Part shown: positions 50,501 to 62,725 of the stretch, in pieces | How the letters are laid out: each line of letters starts with the position of its first letter | How positions within the stretch are numbered: position 1 is the first letter of the stretch | Assembly: GCF_000143415.4 (NCBI RefSeq) | Contig: NW_003314287.1 | Location: 394,203-458,202, forward strand | Reading direction: 5' to 3' | DNA: 64,000 nt | Source: Selaginella moellendorffii | Lineage: Eukaryota; Plantae; Lycopodiophyta | Notes under the pieces: generated by a model | What the model was told of the DNA's origin: nothing | The model's input: the letters and a program-made list of their open reading frames with translations, nothing else | The model's database searches: none | Translations under genes and position numbers: made by a program

Positions 50501-53082
50501 TACATCTCCATCCCACTTAGAACAGCAGAGTTTCTAGGAATTTTTTGTTTTCCTTGTGGTTTCTTCGTTTAAAGACTTGATTTTTTTTTATCCTCTCTTC
50601 AGAGGAGCACAGGATCTCCAGTGAGCTTTGTGTCATCGATCGATCGAATTGCCCCAAATGCTAGTATCAGGATCAACCGACGAACGATCGCAATTGTGAG
50701 CGGGCATTGCTAGCTCAAAAACGGGGAAAAGGTGGTGTGGAATCACGGGTCCACAAAAAAGGAGGCCGACAACTGCTGGGAACCTCACGATCTTCCGGAC
50801 AACGTAGTAGTGTCAACTCAAGGCGTTCGTGGTAAGGCATCGCAGCAACAGGGCCAGGCATTGTTTTTCAATGATTCCTTTCGCATATAACTCCTAAATC
50901 CCATTGATCCAGGTTTGCCCCTCTCCAATGTCGCGAGATCATATAGGTAATGTGGATGTTAATGTATGGCTCCAATCCAATTTCTCATCACCCATTGCCC
51001 AAGAAGAAAAGAAAAAAAGAGAGAGGGGAGCACAGGCAAAGCTCCAAACAACAGGGTCTCTCTTGTCCCTTTGGCTGTCGCGCAGGCGCAGCAGCGATTC
51101 TGGCAGTGGCAATCTATCAAATTTGGCTTGGAAGCTCCAGTCCAATCGAATCCAGCTGACAAAACGTTGTGACATTGTTACAATCTGGGAAGTGCGTTGG
51201 CACTGTGTCATACTGCCACGTCTACTGTCTTTGCCCGGGCGAAAGAGTTGCGATCAGAGCTTGCAAACGCTCATCACCCAAGACAAGTGAGCTTTTGCCG
51301 TGATCGAGTTGGAGTTCTCATCATCACCACCGTATACCATCTCGTGTATGACTTGCCCGAGGGCTGCTGATTACGGCAAGCTCGTCGACTGCTGCCTTCG
51401 TTGGCCGTGGTTGGCGACGACAGGCTGAGAGAGCTCTGCAGGGAGAGTGTCGAGAAAACATCAATCACTCATTTGTATATAGAAGTAACATGATCCATCA
51501 TTAGAACTTTCATATTTACCTAAGAAACAAACATTATCAGTATTTCCTTCATTTAATAGAAAAGATATAAATGTGACATAAAAAAAATTATATTGAAGTA
51601 CCTAATTTACTTGGTTGTGCATCACCAGATTTGACATTGGTTCCACATGACATTTTGTCCATTCATTCGTGATGTTTTGCATTATATCTAATAATATAAA
51701 TCACATTTGTTGCTTTGATTTTTAGTTGTTGCTAACTTGATGGTTTGTCTTGCATCTTTGTACATAATTCATCATCTTTCCTTTTGCCACTTTTGTGCTT
51801 AGAAGCTTAACCTACATATGCAAACACCATGTTGATGTTGAAGGATTAGTCCATTACCTTTAGCATCACATTTCTCTATTGTCATTCTCCATCTCTTCAA
51901 AAACTTGGTAACCTCATTTTTTAGAATCAACCCTAAGTGGGAGGATTAAGCAAAGTTGTTGCTAAATCACTAAACACTCAAGAATTTATAGTTATGCCAA
52001 GAACACCTATACATGTAAAATAGCTGAGAGAAAATGAGAAGATAATTTTGAATTTGACTTACACAAGACACTACATCAATCTCATAATAGCTGGTATTAG
52101 CAAAAAGCAAACTCCAAATCATAGAACTCACTACTCACACTTTACACACAAACATATCCATTGCCACCCTCTGCTCATCTCTTCATGTCATTTTGAACTT
52201 TACAAACTTCAATTGTGCTCATCTGAAGTTGTCTTGATGAACTCATCTGTATCTTGCATTAATCCAGTTATCTTGCAATGTCTGCCACACACGAATAGTG
52301 TCTCTGATAAATCCATAATATCCAAATTTGCATTATGCTTATCTTATGCATCTTAGGATGATCACACAAGAGTGGTAGTGCTTGGGATTCTAGGAGAGAA
52401 AAGGAAAGTGAGAGAAAGTGAGGGAATGTCTCTCACTTGAATTCTCATTGTTTTCTTATTTCACCCTCAATGTGAAGAAGTAATTGTGTCTTACAACACC
52501 CTAAAACACATAGATTCTTTTGACTGACTTAATAGTTTTCCTCCTCAGAAAGGAAAACTAAGAAAGAGCTTCATGACACTGATCCCACAGGTACCAGGAA
52601 GGAGCAACAATAGAGAAGAGTGTGATATGCAAGAGACACTGTCTTTAAACTGAAAGGTGAAATACAAAGCAACTTACACAAGACCAAGAAAAATCAAAGG
52701 CAGGATCCCCCTTCTTCACTGACTTTTTTCCAAGCCATCCTTACTCACTCCCTTAGTCTTGCACGAAACACTGGAGGATTTCATGTCAGGAGCTGTAATC
52801 CGGAGGGATACTTTTCTGTTCTCATATGTCCCCTTGACCTGTCAAAATTAAGTTTAACAGTTCCCGAGCATTGGAACTTGTTTTCCAGTATTTCCTCCAT
52901 ACCAAGTGCTTTTCCATACTTTCTTCCTCCCCTAAGTCCACATGTATGTCTAGCGTATCATGTGTGCAGATCCTCCTCAACCCAGTTGAATTGGATCCTC
53001 ATCAGCTTGATTGCAAGCCATCCGCGAAGAAGATGATCCTGCTCCTAGCAACACAACACTGTTATTTACCTTTTTGCTAAAC

Positions 53083-53851
53083 TCACTTAAGCTGTCTGGA
53101 GCTCAAGCAAGCGTCCAGCACTCCGGAGTAAGCATACATGTTTGGTTTGGTTTCCATCTTTCGAAACATTTCCAGGGTGGTCTTTCCATCTCCGTGCTCC
53201 GAATAGGCCGTGATGATAGCTCCCCAGGCAACGATATCTTTGCGCACCATCACGTCGAAGGCTTTGCGCACCATCCTCAACGCTGCCACACTTGGCATAC
53301 ATGTCCACCAAGCCAGTCGTGACGATGCTGCTCTTGCCGAAAGATGGTGCCTTTGCTCCGGTGGAAGATGCAACGATTAAGTGCGAGTGAATCGCCCGTC
53401 CCTCCTCGAGCGCGTCAGTTCCGAGCGCTCCACAGGCACCCAGAGCGATTGAGAAGATGAAGTCGTCCGGCTCCATTCTATCGTCCTTCATCTCCTGATG
53501 GGCATCGAGAGCGTCCCGGAAGAGCCCGTTCTGGAAGTAGGCGATGAGAATTGTCCAAGAGAAGACGTTCCTGGTGACTATCCGGTCCAAGGCACTTCGG
53601 GCTCGATCGAGCTCGCCGCATTTGCCATACATCTGGACGAGCAAATTCCCGAGAAACGTATCGCCATCGTAGCCGCGGGACTTGAGGAGGAAGTGGAGCC
53701 TCTTGCCTTCCCAGAGGTTCTGGCTGCTCCCGCATCTTCGCAAGGCCTCGGCGTAGCATTTGGTGGTGTCGCTGCTGCAGCGCAAACTTGGACTAGAACC
53801 CACTACAGCAACATCGCTGGCGAGGGAGCTGGAGCTCCAGACAGCGTCCAT
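53083..53851 (-). pseudogene. Short PLS-class pentatricopeptide repeat gene, frameshifted near 53271 and lacking E/DYW domains
   Basis: GNLLVQMYGKCG, RNVFSWT, EPDDFIFSIALGAC, TGLVDMYAKCGSVED(fs)VRKAFD...DIVAWGAIITAYSEHG. Confidence 0.85.
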
Positions 53852-54169
53852 TCATTCCATCACAAACTTCTCCGCAAGCAATAGGTAAGGTTCTTTTGTG
53901 ATTTAAAATCCACTGAAGTTCTGATTCTTTCTCTTGACATTCAGGATTGACAGCATCGCAATCAAGTCCCATTTTCATGGAACATACCGAAACACCAAGA
54001 TGAAGGAATGATGGCAACCTATCAGCCAGGCAAGAAACTTCTCAAACTTCCAAACTTTCGTTTCAAAGAAACTTCTTGAAAGAGCCAACTTTGCAGTTCT
54101 AGCTGCAATCGCTAAGCTATTGCTGCGTACTATCGAAGCCTATAGGAGTCGTTGTCCTCGAAACTCTCC

Positions 54170-54632
54170 CCGCAGAGCTCTCTCAGCAAGATGATCTCAA
54201 CAAAGCTCACGAACGACGAGGCTATGAGCTTTGTTGATGCTCATGAAATGTTCTCCTCAAGATCATCCACGAGCTGCCCAAGCACAATCTGATTCCTGCT
54301 CAACCGCTGCAGCGATTCCCGCAGAATCAACTTATCCTCGTGCTTCAGGCAGAAGGCTAAGGTCCTGTTCGTGAACTCAATCTCGCAGCCTAATCTCATC
54401 ACCAGCCGCTTCATCATATCCAGATCTTGCACAACCACAAAAGTCCCCTAAGCAACATACTGCTTCTCCAGATCCACAAGCCGATGCTTCCGCCTCCTGC
54501 TAAGACGTAATTGATCGGAAGCGTAAACACTTTCCATTCCACGATGAGTGCAGCCACCGCGAGAAATGCAGCCAAATCTGCATCGTCGTTGGCTTTGTCC
54601 ATAACCCCGTTGAACTCTTCGCTCGACACCAT
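54170..54632 (-). pseudogene. UPF0496/DUF677-family remnant
   Basis: VA*GTFVVVQDLDMMKRLVMRLGCEIEF....AFCL...LQRL....LVDDLEENI* resembles the DUF677 C-terminus (KGTYI...DLDTI.RLV.RL..EIE...ELEEH); in-frame stops. Confidence 0.65.
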
Positions 54633-54803
54633 GACGCTGTGACCTGGTGCATTTAACATTCTGTGACAATTCATTGTTTGTTCACTATAAGCGATCTAAT
54701 GTTTCAGGTTTGGTTCAACAAAAAATACATCTAGATAAATGCTTTAGTATTTAGCTGTCTTAATGCCGCTCGTAAATTGGTTCTTAATGGTAACCTATAT
54801 TAT

Positions 54804-55889
54804 CTAAACAAATATGACAACAATCGCCAAAGTTCCAAGATCGGCTTCCTCTGCTGTAGTGGAAATGTTATCTATCTGCAAGTAAACAGATTCAACACCT
54901 GTTGAGAAATAATAAACAAACAAACCTCTAGTTCCCCCGCGTTCCATGAGGTTTGTACACGAGAGAAAATGTCAGATATGAGCAGCACCTCATCACGATT
55001 TAGATGTCCCTGTAGAAAACAATTGAGCTTCAAGAACAACATCAAGAACAAATTCTTACCCATTGCAGAGTTGCATAGCTCTCACAAGAACTTGAAAACT
55101 CCTGTAAACACCATCTTCAGACCTCTACTAATTGGACAGAGAAGTCCTTACCTTTAAGCTCCTCTGTCCAGCAACAGCAACCGACATCGCCCCTGGCCCA
55201 CCAACAGCCACCTTCCCGCTTTCATATATGGCTACCAGAGTTGTGTAAAGATGAGGAAGCCAATCATTTTCCTGAACAGATACAAGTTAGCCGAATGCCC
55301 ATTTCAACATACGTTACCTTGACTGTACTTATGGGATCAGGGTCTATATCTATTTCAGGATCAATGTCTAGTGTCTTGCAATACGCCTCTCTCTCCGGCA
55401 TGTCCCTTGTAACATGCTCACGGAGCTCCTTCTCCACACTGCAGAAACTGAAGATACAAAGCAGCATCTTGAATGAAAAGCTTACTTGGAGTAGAGGCTC
55501 ATCACACTGTTGATATTTATCCCATTGGCAAGCTGATGGAGGTGCCTCTTGAAGGAAGCAAGCCGGAAATCACAAAGCCGCAGAACCTCTGTAAGCAAGT
55601 ATAAGCTTAAAAAAAAATCGAAGGAAAACAACATACTCGAGTGATCACCGCTGTAAACGTGAGAAAGTATGATTGTCACTGGCTCTCCCTTAATCTCTGT
55701 GCTCGCCATGAAAGTCTGAAAGGAATTGATACAAACAGATAATCGCATAATCACAGTACATACATGAGAAGCCATTGTTGGGTTGTTATCCCGCTGAACA
55801 CAATTGACACCCGTCTTCGGATCCTGGAATGCTCTCACAGCGTTTCGCGCAACGGAAAATGTCTTGGACCGCCCGATTACCATCGCCAT
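54804..55889 (-). CDS. Uncharacterised ~250-aa protein, 8 exons
   Basis: Seven phase-compatible GT-AG introns join into one stop-free frame MAMVIGRSK...VEKELREHV...ENDWLPHLY...LGTLAIVVIFV*. No family recognised. Confidence 0.75.
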
Positions 55890-55893
55890 CGCT

Positions 55894-55910
55894 CCTAACC
55901 CTAACCCTAA
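55894..55910. promoter_or_regulatory. Tandem telo-box/telomere-like cctaaccctaaccctaa between two divergent ORFs
   Basis: Seen directly in the sequence. Confidence 0.5.
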
Positions 55911-55971
55911 TAAAAGAGTACGGACAGAGATTCAAAGCTGGAAGCGCAAATGCTTTCATCCCCGAAATGAT

Positions 55972-56447
55972 CATGTGGAATCACTTTCGTTCAGTGTTCT
56001 GGCATTGGTGCTGGCTTGTTCTCGGCATGATTGCGTTGCGTTGCAATCGGGCAACGAGGAAGAAGGTAAGCTCTGGATTTGTCTTCTCTTTGTCTTCTGA
56101 ATCATTTTCTGTATTTGACAGTTTTGTCAATTGCTCGCAACCATGCCTGGAATGATGCAATGACACAGAAATCTGGTGGTCTGCTCAAGAAGATCAGCAA
56201 TGAAACAGTCAGCATTGCACAGCTCTGTCAGGATATTTGCGATGCCAACACAGGAATCATTCGAGAACTGGCAAAAAAAGCAGATATTTCGGTTGTTGGT
56301 GGCAAGACTGCCATGGAGATTGCAAGTGATGGTGCTGCTCTGGCTAAACATTGCATCCAGGAAAGAGTTACCATGTCTCACTCTTTGGAGTTGCTCACTG
56401 ACTCAGGTGGTGCTGGAGGGGCCACCCAAGGAAGTGTTCAAGAGTAA
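55972..56447 (+). CDS. Small unknown protein (possible 2-exon gene; start ambiguous, first in-frame ATG at 56160)
   Basis: Good intron 56067-56121 (gtaagc...ttgacag) joins a hydrophobic SLSFSVLALVLACS exon to VLSIARNHAW...GSVQE*. Exon 1 has no in-frame ATG. Confidence 0.4.
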
Positions 56448-56949
56448 CTCCCACTCTCGGAAGGGAAACCAATTGTAATGCTTCCGGCTCATGTGAAGTG
56501 GTGCCTCATTTGAGTATTTTGTGGCTCATTGATTCTTGGGCCTTCCCTTTGGGATGAAAGTGGGGGAGTAGGGGTACCCATACTAGGCTATTAGGCCATG
56601 GTGTTTCCCCCCTGGTGTCCTAAAGCAAGTATTGCATCTAAGGTTTGGGATTTAAAGGGTTATATGATTAAGTCTTGTTGTACCAAGGGATGTTAAAAAT
56701 TTGAAGGCTTGGTGTGCTTAGCTGTTTGTGCCTTTGGGGAGTGTAGTTGAACTTTAAAAGTCTAACCCAGAGAGGGGGATTAGGAAAGAATTTGGGAATC
56801 CGTGGATGGATGGCTAACACTCCGTTGCTTGTGCAGTGAGTTGCTATATTTCTTAAAAGGTGTAAAGGATAAAACAAGAATATCTAGGTATATTTTATGA
56901 TTTTTTTAAATCAATAGTTATGATTTACTGCTCTTAACAGTTTATTTAT

Positions 56950-57270
56950 AATCATAATAAAACTTGATACTCAAATATTTACCAAGATTGATCTAAAGAA
57001 TGGATCATCAAATTGCAAAGGATGACATGTGTATCTCCAAGAAGGCATTCAACACAAGTTTTAGGCATTTTAAGTTCATACTCAAGGAATGCATCAATTA
57101 TATTTACTTGATTAATGATCATGCTCAACTAACTATCCAAACTCATTGACCACTTTACTCAAATGATGACAAAACCATATTTATAACTCTATCATATAAT
57201 AATCATCCTTAAACGGATAGGTAGACTAAACATGTGAACCAGGTGGTGGAAGATATACACATTAGTCAAA
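56950..57270 (+). mobile_element. Gypsy integrase remnant
   Basis: HP*TDR*TKHVNQVVEDI, a decayed HPQTDGQTERVNQ motif. Confidence 0.6.
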
Positions 57271-57913
57271 GGTAGAGACAAATATATTAAGGGTTAAACA
57301 TCCTCAAGTTTAAATAACACTAATCTAAATGAATTTTCAAGAAGTCTAAATTTAGGAGATTAGGCCTCCTCAAATGTAAAATCTTGATCTAGGAGATGGC
57401 TTTTAGTAGTTGAAATTGATAGTGAGAAGCTCAAAATGAGAAAATGAGTTCATTTGAGATCTAGCACCATATTCTATAAGAGAGGTCTTGGATTCTTAAG
57501 CTTTTCTAGGAGATTTACACATAATGGATCCTTTGCCATTAACTAACTATTCTAGGAGTTTTTTTTGGTTTCTGCATCTACCTACCCAGAAGTAAAAGTT
57601 GGATTATGGAATAATCAAGGTTACCTTCTTCTTAAGCTCACAATACTCCCCTAGGGTAATGATTTCTGTGAAGATCTTCTCCAGCTGTTCAGTTGAGAGG
57701 CCCAAAGGATGGATCAGGTTGAAGAAATCATCCAAACAGCTCTCCTATAGAAAAATTCCATCTATACTTTCAATTTCATATTGTGTTATAAGAATCAGGT
57801 ACAATGAATTTAAGACTTATTAAGTTATGTCTCTTAATTTCCTTACAAATTCCGCTAAATTATTGGAATTATTTGTTCTTTTCAACTCATAATTTTAATT
57901 TTGATCCTTAAGT

Positions 57914-60326
57914 TTATTCCTCATTCAAAGAAAGAATTACCAGAGACAAGGGAAATATTAGCTCTGGATTTCTTTTAAGATATAAGCAAAACGTTGCATG
58001 GTCCATCCGGTCGGTTTGTTTACAAAATTGATCCACAAGCACCTGCAGTGTTAAAATGAATCTAAATGATGCTGCAGTGTATGAAAGCCACCTTGCTTGT
58101 AGATCCAGCACAATTCCTCTCCAAAAGTGTGGCAACCTTTCAAGAAAGAACACAAGATTTAAAGCAAAAGTGTGAGACAAAAAAGCTTACCTTGTCCATG
58201 AGAAGCATTTCGTTGCTGTTCTTGTGGACCGCATGGCAAAACGTCAAATCCAGCAGCTTCAAAAAGCTTGCATTTCTGGACAAAGATACTGATGCGGCCA
58301 CAAACTGCATCAATCAGCCAGTGTTGGGAGCAAACCAGTAGTGACAATGCTTACCTCTTGGAAGGTGACGAATTCATGCTTTTTCCTGTCAAACATCGCA
58401 AAAGCCTGTGAATTTCTGATGTGAGTAGCCAGTTTTCTTAAGACATATCGATCTTCGCTTCTTACCTGCTCTCCGAATGGAGAATGTGTAAGTCCCAGGC
58501 TTTGCAAGAACTCAAACCTCGTCAGTTGCCCACTGCATGAGTAGAAGAGGATTATGTGAACAGGAAAAGAGCAGGTTGATAGATTTACCTGCGAGATGAA
58601 TTCATGATTGAGAATTTCTCCAAATAGTAGAGTGCGTCGGCGTCTGTAAGCTGGAGTTGCTACGAGAAAACTTGGGAGGTCAGGCCTGAGATCTCTGAGA
58701 ACAACTCTGTAAGAAAGGACTCGATGCCGATAACTTACCGTGTCCATTTTTCTCATTTCAAGTGTGAACGAGGTTGAAAAAGGCTAAAGAAAGAGCAAAC
58801 TAAATAAACTCACAAGATTTCAAGGACGTACCATTTTCAGCGACAACGATCTTGCAGAAAGGAGTAAATCACCGTAGCTGTGTTCCGTTTCCGGAACGTT
58901 GAGGCTCCTTGCCATTGCATATCTCACCTGAAAATCAAAAGAATGATAAGTATGAGTATTAGTTTCAAGCACGTTTACCCTTTGTGCATAATCCGCTGGA
59001 TGGGACTTTTCATGCGACGAGGGATATATAACAGGAAGATAATGAACCTGCTTGCCCACAAAATGGTTTTTTAAGCTTAGACAAAAATTCATCTGACCTG
59101 CATAAAATTGTGAAATTGAAGCAGCATCCGAGGGATCAAGCTTTTCAGAGAGATGTTGCCCCTGTGAAGCAAAAGGATGAGAGGCTATCAAGTTGGTGTT
59201 TCAAGCACATACCAGGATAGATCAAAATGAACGTGCGGGTACCTAACCACAACAGGTTGTATTGGAAATCCAGGAACGAATGCACCGGGCTTAAACGATA
59301 TCAGAGCCTTTCCATTCGTTGTAGTAGCCTCGGGAAATAAAAGAAGACGAGGAAAATCGCTACACATCGCTCTCCTCTGCATGAGCATCCATAAAATGTA
59401 GTGTTACATCCAGCCAAAGAGAAAATACTTTACCTTGATTTCCGCGATGGCGCTTTTCCTTGAAGCTGGAGATAACCTATCCACGGGAATCACCTGAACA
59501 CACCAAACTGTGATTTCATTTATCAGATCGAAAGTGGCACCTAATACCTGCATTGATCTTATTATGGTGCCGACGAAAAGACGATCATTGTGTGAACTCG
59601 AGCTCACGATGGTCGGGAAGAGTTCAAAGAAGTAGAACATAGGATCGATGAACGATACATGGTTTGACACCAGGATGGGAGCGACTTCTCTGGGAGCAGG
59701 CCTTCCAATGCGCTGAATCCAATGGAACCTGGATAAACCAGAACAAAAGTGTGAGAACAAGAAGATCGACAGAAGAACTAGAAGAAGAAAGGAAAGACAG
59801 GCAAAGAAATAGTAGAAGAAAAGCTTACGCACCCAAAGCAGAAGAGTATACCTCGAGCGCAAACTCGAGTGCCCCACATTATATCTCGTCTCCATCGCGG
59901 CATGGCCTTGTGGTCACTCTCCCAGCGCCATAGCGCCAGCTTCGTGCACAGGAATCCCAGGAACAAGAAAACTCCAATGAGAATGACTCTCACCACCAGC
60001 AGCGGCGAGCACAGCACCGCCTTGAAGACCTCCCAGGCTCCACCAAACTTGTAGCTACTGTTCCGGAAAGGATCCACGGGCGAGCTGGCCGGTAGTGGAG
60101 GCAAGTCCTTGAATTCCCAGGCGCTCCACCACTTTACCTTGGAATTGGCCGAAGAGACAGCGCTCCTCCCAGAGTCTTGGACGTCGACCACACACATGTC
60201 GGTGGAATTGCCTTCCTCCTCAAATCTAGAGCTGCTAGGACAGCCAAGGCTTGGATTGACGCTGTCATGGTCGTGGAGGCGATCGTCGAGTAGAAGCGGC
60301 CGGCTGAGCACGTCAATGGCGCCCAT
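57914..60326 (-). CDS. LPEAT2: Lysophospholipid acyltransferase with C-terminal EF-hand-like region (LPEAT2-like), multi-exon
   Basis: DPFRN, RGILFCFG, APILVSNHVSFIDP (HxxxxD), MQVIPVDR, LLFPEATTTNG, PIQPVVVRYP, YLPVIYPS and HSYGD motifs. Confidence 0.92.
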
Positions 60327-60726
60327 CCTGGAGATTATTCTTGATCGATGCCTCGAGAAACCTCTCGCAGATCCGATGGAGGTAGAAATCGCGGCATGGA
60401 TGGAAATATTTGGATCGATTGGAAGCTAGATTTCTCTATTCCGCGAATCCCTGCTTCTTGCAAGAACAGGAAGAGAGACATCGATCGATCAGGGACAGAG
60501 AATGCGATCCTTACCTCCGAAGATTTGGCGCGGCGCCAAGAGAGAATGCTATCGATCGCTACGAGAAGAAGCCCAAAACCCTAGATTGACGGAGGTGCAT
60601 GTGTCTCACGTTTACCTTTGTAAGGAGACACATACGCGTTACGCGCCACACACACATGGGAAAAAAATCGTATGGAGAATGGCCTAGACACTTTCCGTAC
60701 GCATGGTCCAGCAACAAAGAATTTCA

Positions 60727-60836
60727 TTTCACGCCATTTTTTCTTACCATTGTTGGAAAGAATTTCACCCCGTTTTTTTTTTCTTACCATCGTTGGTCAA
60801 ATAATTTCACCCAGAATTTGTTTTTCTTACCATCGT
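60727..60836. repeat. Three imperfect ~40-bp tandem units overlapping the RRP1 stop codon
   Basis: atttcac...ttttcttaccat(c/t)gt repeated three times. Confidence 0.6.
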
Positions 60837-62437
60837 AGAGCTTTCTTCTTTGGCGAAGATCTCTTTGGCCCTGGCGTGGCCTTTCCCCCCCTCCTTTGCT
60901 TTGGCGATGGCGATGGAGTGTTCTTCCTCTTTGGCGAGAACTTCCTTGGCGAGAACTTCCTTGGCGAGACGTGAGAGATCGGCCCTGGCAAGAGCCCCTG
61001 CTTCAGAGCGCTGGCCTTTGGAGTGGAATCCAAGGCCAGAGGAGTCATCCTGAAAGGCTTGCCAAACTTCCACGTAGTGTTGCTCTTGAGCGAGAACCTC
61101 ACTTTCTTTGCCTTCTTGCCGGTGCTCGTCTCGCCCGCGTCGGTGTTGCTCTCGGCCACCGCTGGAGAATCGTCGTCCTTGGAGCTCTTTCTCTTCTTGC
61201 TGGCGGTGTGGAGCGGAGAAACTGGCGATTTCCTGTTTATCTTCTTGGAGCCTGCCGGAGATCCGCGCTCCTCCGGAGCAGCAGCAGATGAGACCATCGG
61301 GGTCTCGTCCGGAAGAACAATCGCCTTAGTCTCCGCGTTCTTCTTCTTCTTCTTCGGTTTTTCCCCGATGAGAGGAGAGAGAACCATCTCCAGAGGAGGG
61401 AGTGAAGCACCACCATCGCCATTTTCCCCCACAGCAACCTCGAACTTTTTCTCCAAGTTGGAGACCACCGGATCATCCTGTTTCACGGTAGCCTCTGGAC
61501 TTTTCACCTCGGCATTAGCTGGTGCCGCACTGCTGGCTGGTTTTTCCATCTTGGAAGCTGCACTCGCCAAAGCTTTCAGGTCCAAACTCCTTTTGATCTT
61601 CTTAAAGTCCTCGGAGAGAGCGTACAGCACCTTGCGATTTCTCTGTACAGTGTCCGCTGAAGCTGCGAGCTCGAAAAGCCTCTTTTCCATTGGTAGACCG
61701 GTCACGAACTCGGCCAACTTGTTCTCTGACCCTTCAGCGTCGACACTCTCCCTCGCAGCCTCCAAAAGACGATCAAAAACTCTTTCTTTGACGCGCTTCA
61801 GCACATTCTTGTCCGGACCAAGCGCAAGAGTTGCATAGAAAGGCTCCAGAAGAATGCCGAGAACTTCTTTCTCCTCCGGAAGAACACCATCAAGTTGCTC
61901 CAAGAAAATGTCCGCCAGATGCATACTACACCCCTGGGCCGGGAAGAGATCGTTGGAGAGAAAAGCCCGATTTTTCAAAGCGTCCATGTAGCGCTGGACA
62001 ATCTCCTTGTCCCATCTCTGCTGCCTGAGTGCCATGAACATAGAACTCACGAACTTCCGCTGGAGAAGATAGAACTTGTCCATCCTCAAATGGTCTATCC
62101 CGCCCCATTCTCTCCGCATTGTGCCCAAATACCCCTCAAAGAACTGGAGAGCTAATTCGCTCGGAAGGCGCTGTACAAGCGATGCGAGGCGCTCCGCAAG
62201 ATCTGCCTGGACAATCGCCTTGTCTGCGTGCCAGTAGCAGTAGAAAAGCCCCTTCCAGATCTTCCTCAGGTCGGCTTCGTCCACGGAAGTCCGGCATTCC
62301 AACCAGCTCGCCAGGAGCTCCACTGCGCGATCGCGTACCTTCTTGTCGACCGATGCCAGGCGCCGTGGAAGACCGCCGGATTGGATTTCCAGCTCGCCGC
62401 CTGCCGCCAAGGGCTTGCTCTTGTTCTTCGCGACCAT
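60827..62437 (-). CDS. RRP1: Ribosomal RNA processing protein 1 (Nop52 domain), intronless, 536 aa
   Basis: LASVDKKVRDRA, KIWKGLFYCYWHADK..VQ, TMRREWGGIDHLRMDKFYLL; C-terminal KKVRFSL; telo-box aaccctaaa at ~62463. Confidence 0.93.
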   Translation of the reverse strand: MVAKNKSKPLAAGGELEIQSGGLPRRLASVDKKVRDRAVELLASWLECRTSVDEADLRKIWKGLFYCYWHADKAIVQADLAERLASLVQRLPSELALQFFEGYLGTMRREWGGIDHLRMDKFYLLQRKFVSSMFMALRQQRWDKEIVQRYMDALKNRAFLSNDLFPAQGCSMHLADIFLEQLDGVLPEEKEVLGILLEPFYATLALGPDKNVLKRVKERVFDRLLEAARESVDAEGSENKLAEFVTGLPMEKRLFELAASADTVQRNRKVLYALSEDFKKIKRSLDLKALASAASKMEKPASSAAPANAEVKSPEATVKQDDPVVSNLEKKFEVAVGENGDGGASLPPLEMVLSPLIGEKPKKKKKNAETKAIVLPDETPMVSSAAAPEERGSPAGSKKINRKSPVSPLHTASKKRKSSKDDDSPAVAESNTDAGETSTGKKAKKVRFSLKSNTTWKFGKPFRMTPLALDSTPKASALKQGLLPGPISHVSPRKFSPRKFSPKRKNTPSPSPKQRRGGKATPGPKRSSPKKKALRW

Positions 62438-62725
62438 CGCTACGCCGCAACTCTCTGCGAAGAACCCTAAACCTTGAAATCAAAATAGACGGTGCCGTCA
62501 ATAACGTTCAAAAGTCGGTATATTCTGCTAACATTGTAAATGCCGACTAAACGAATGGTGGCAAATGTATGCTTTAGTTAAGCCAGTGGTTTTCTAAGGC
62601 TAGGGTTTTCGGGGCCTCCATTCAACGATCAAGCGATGGCGTCCTCCTGGCTAATCTGATCGTCCAATCGCCCAAGAATTCCCAGGCAGCTGGAAATCTT
62701 GAAGCGCTGGTAAGGAAATCTCGGG

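Noticed and set aside
50850-51210. Possible second PPR remnant (LATLERGK, ELYAKG, AKFDRLP)
   Set aside because: Fragments are too short and disrupted to support a call.
61023-61838. 271-aa plus-strand ORF and similar long antisense ORFs over CSLC, SprT, PPR and DiT2
   Set aside because: Shadow frames of GC-rich coding sequence with no independent motifs.
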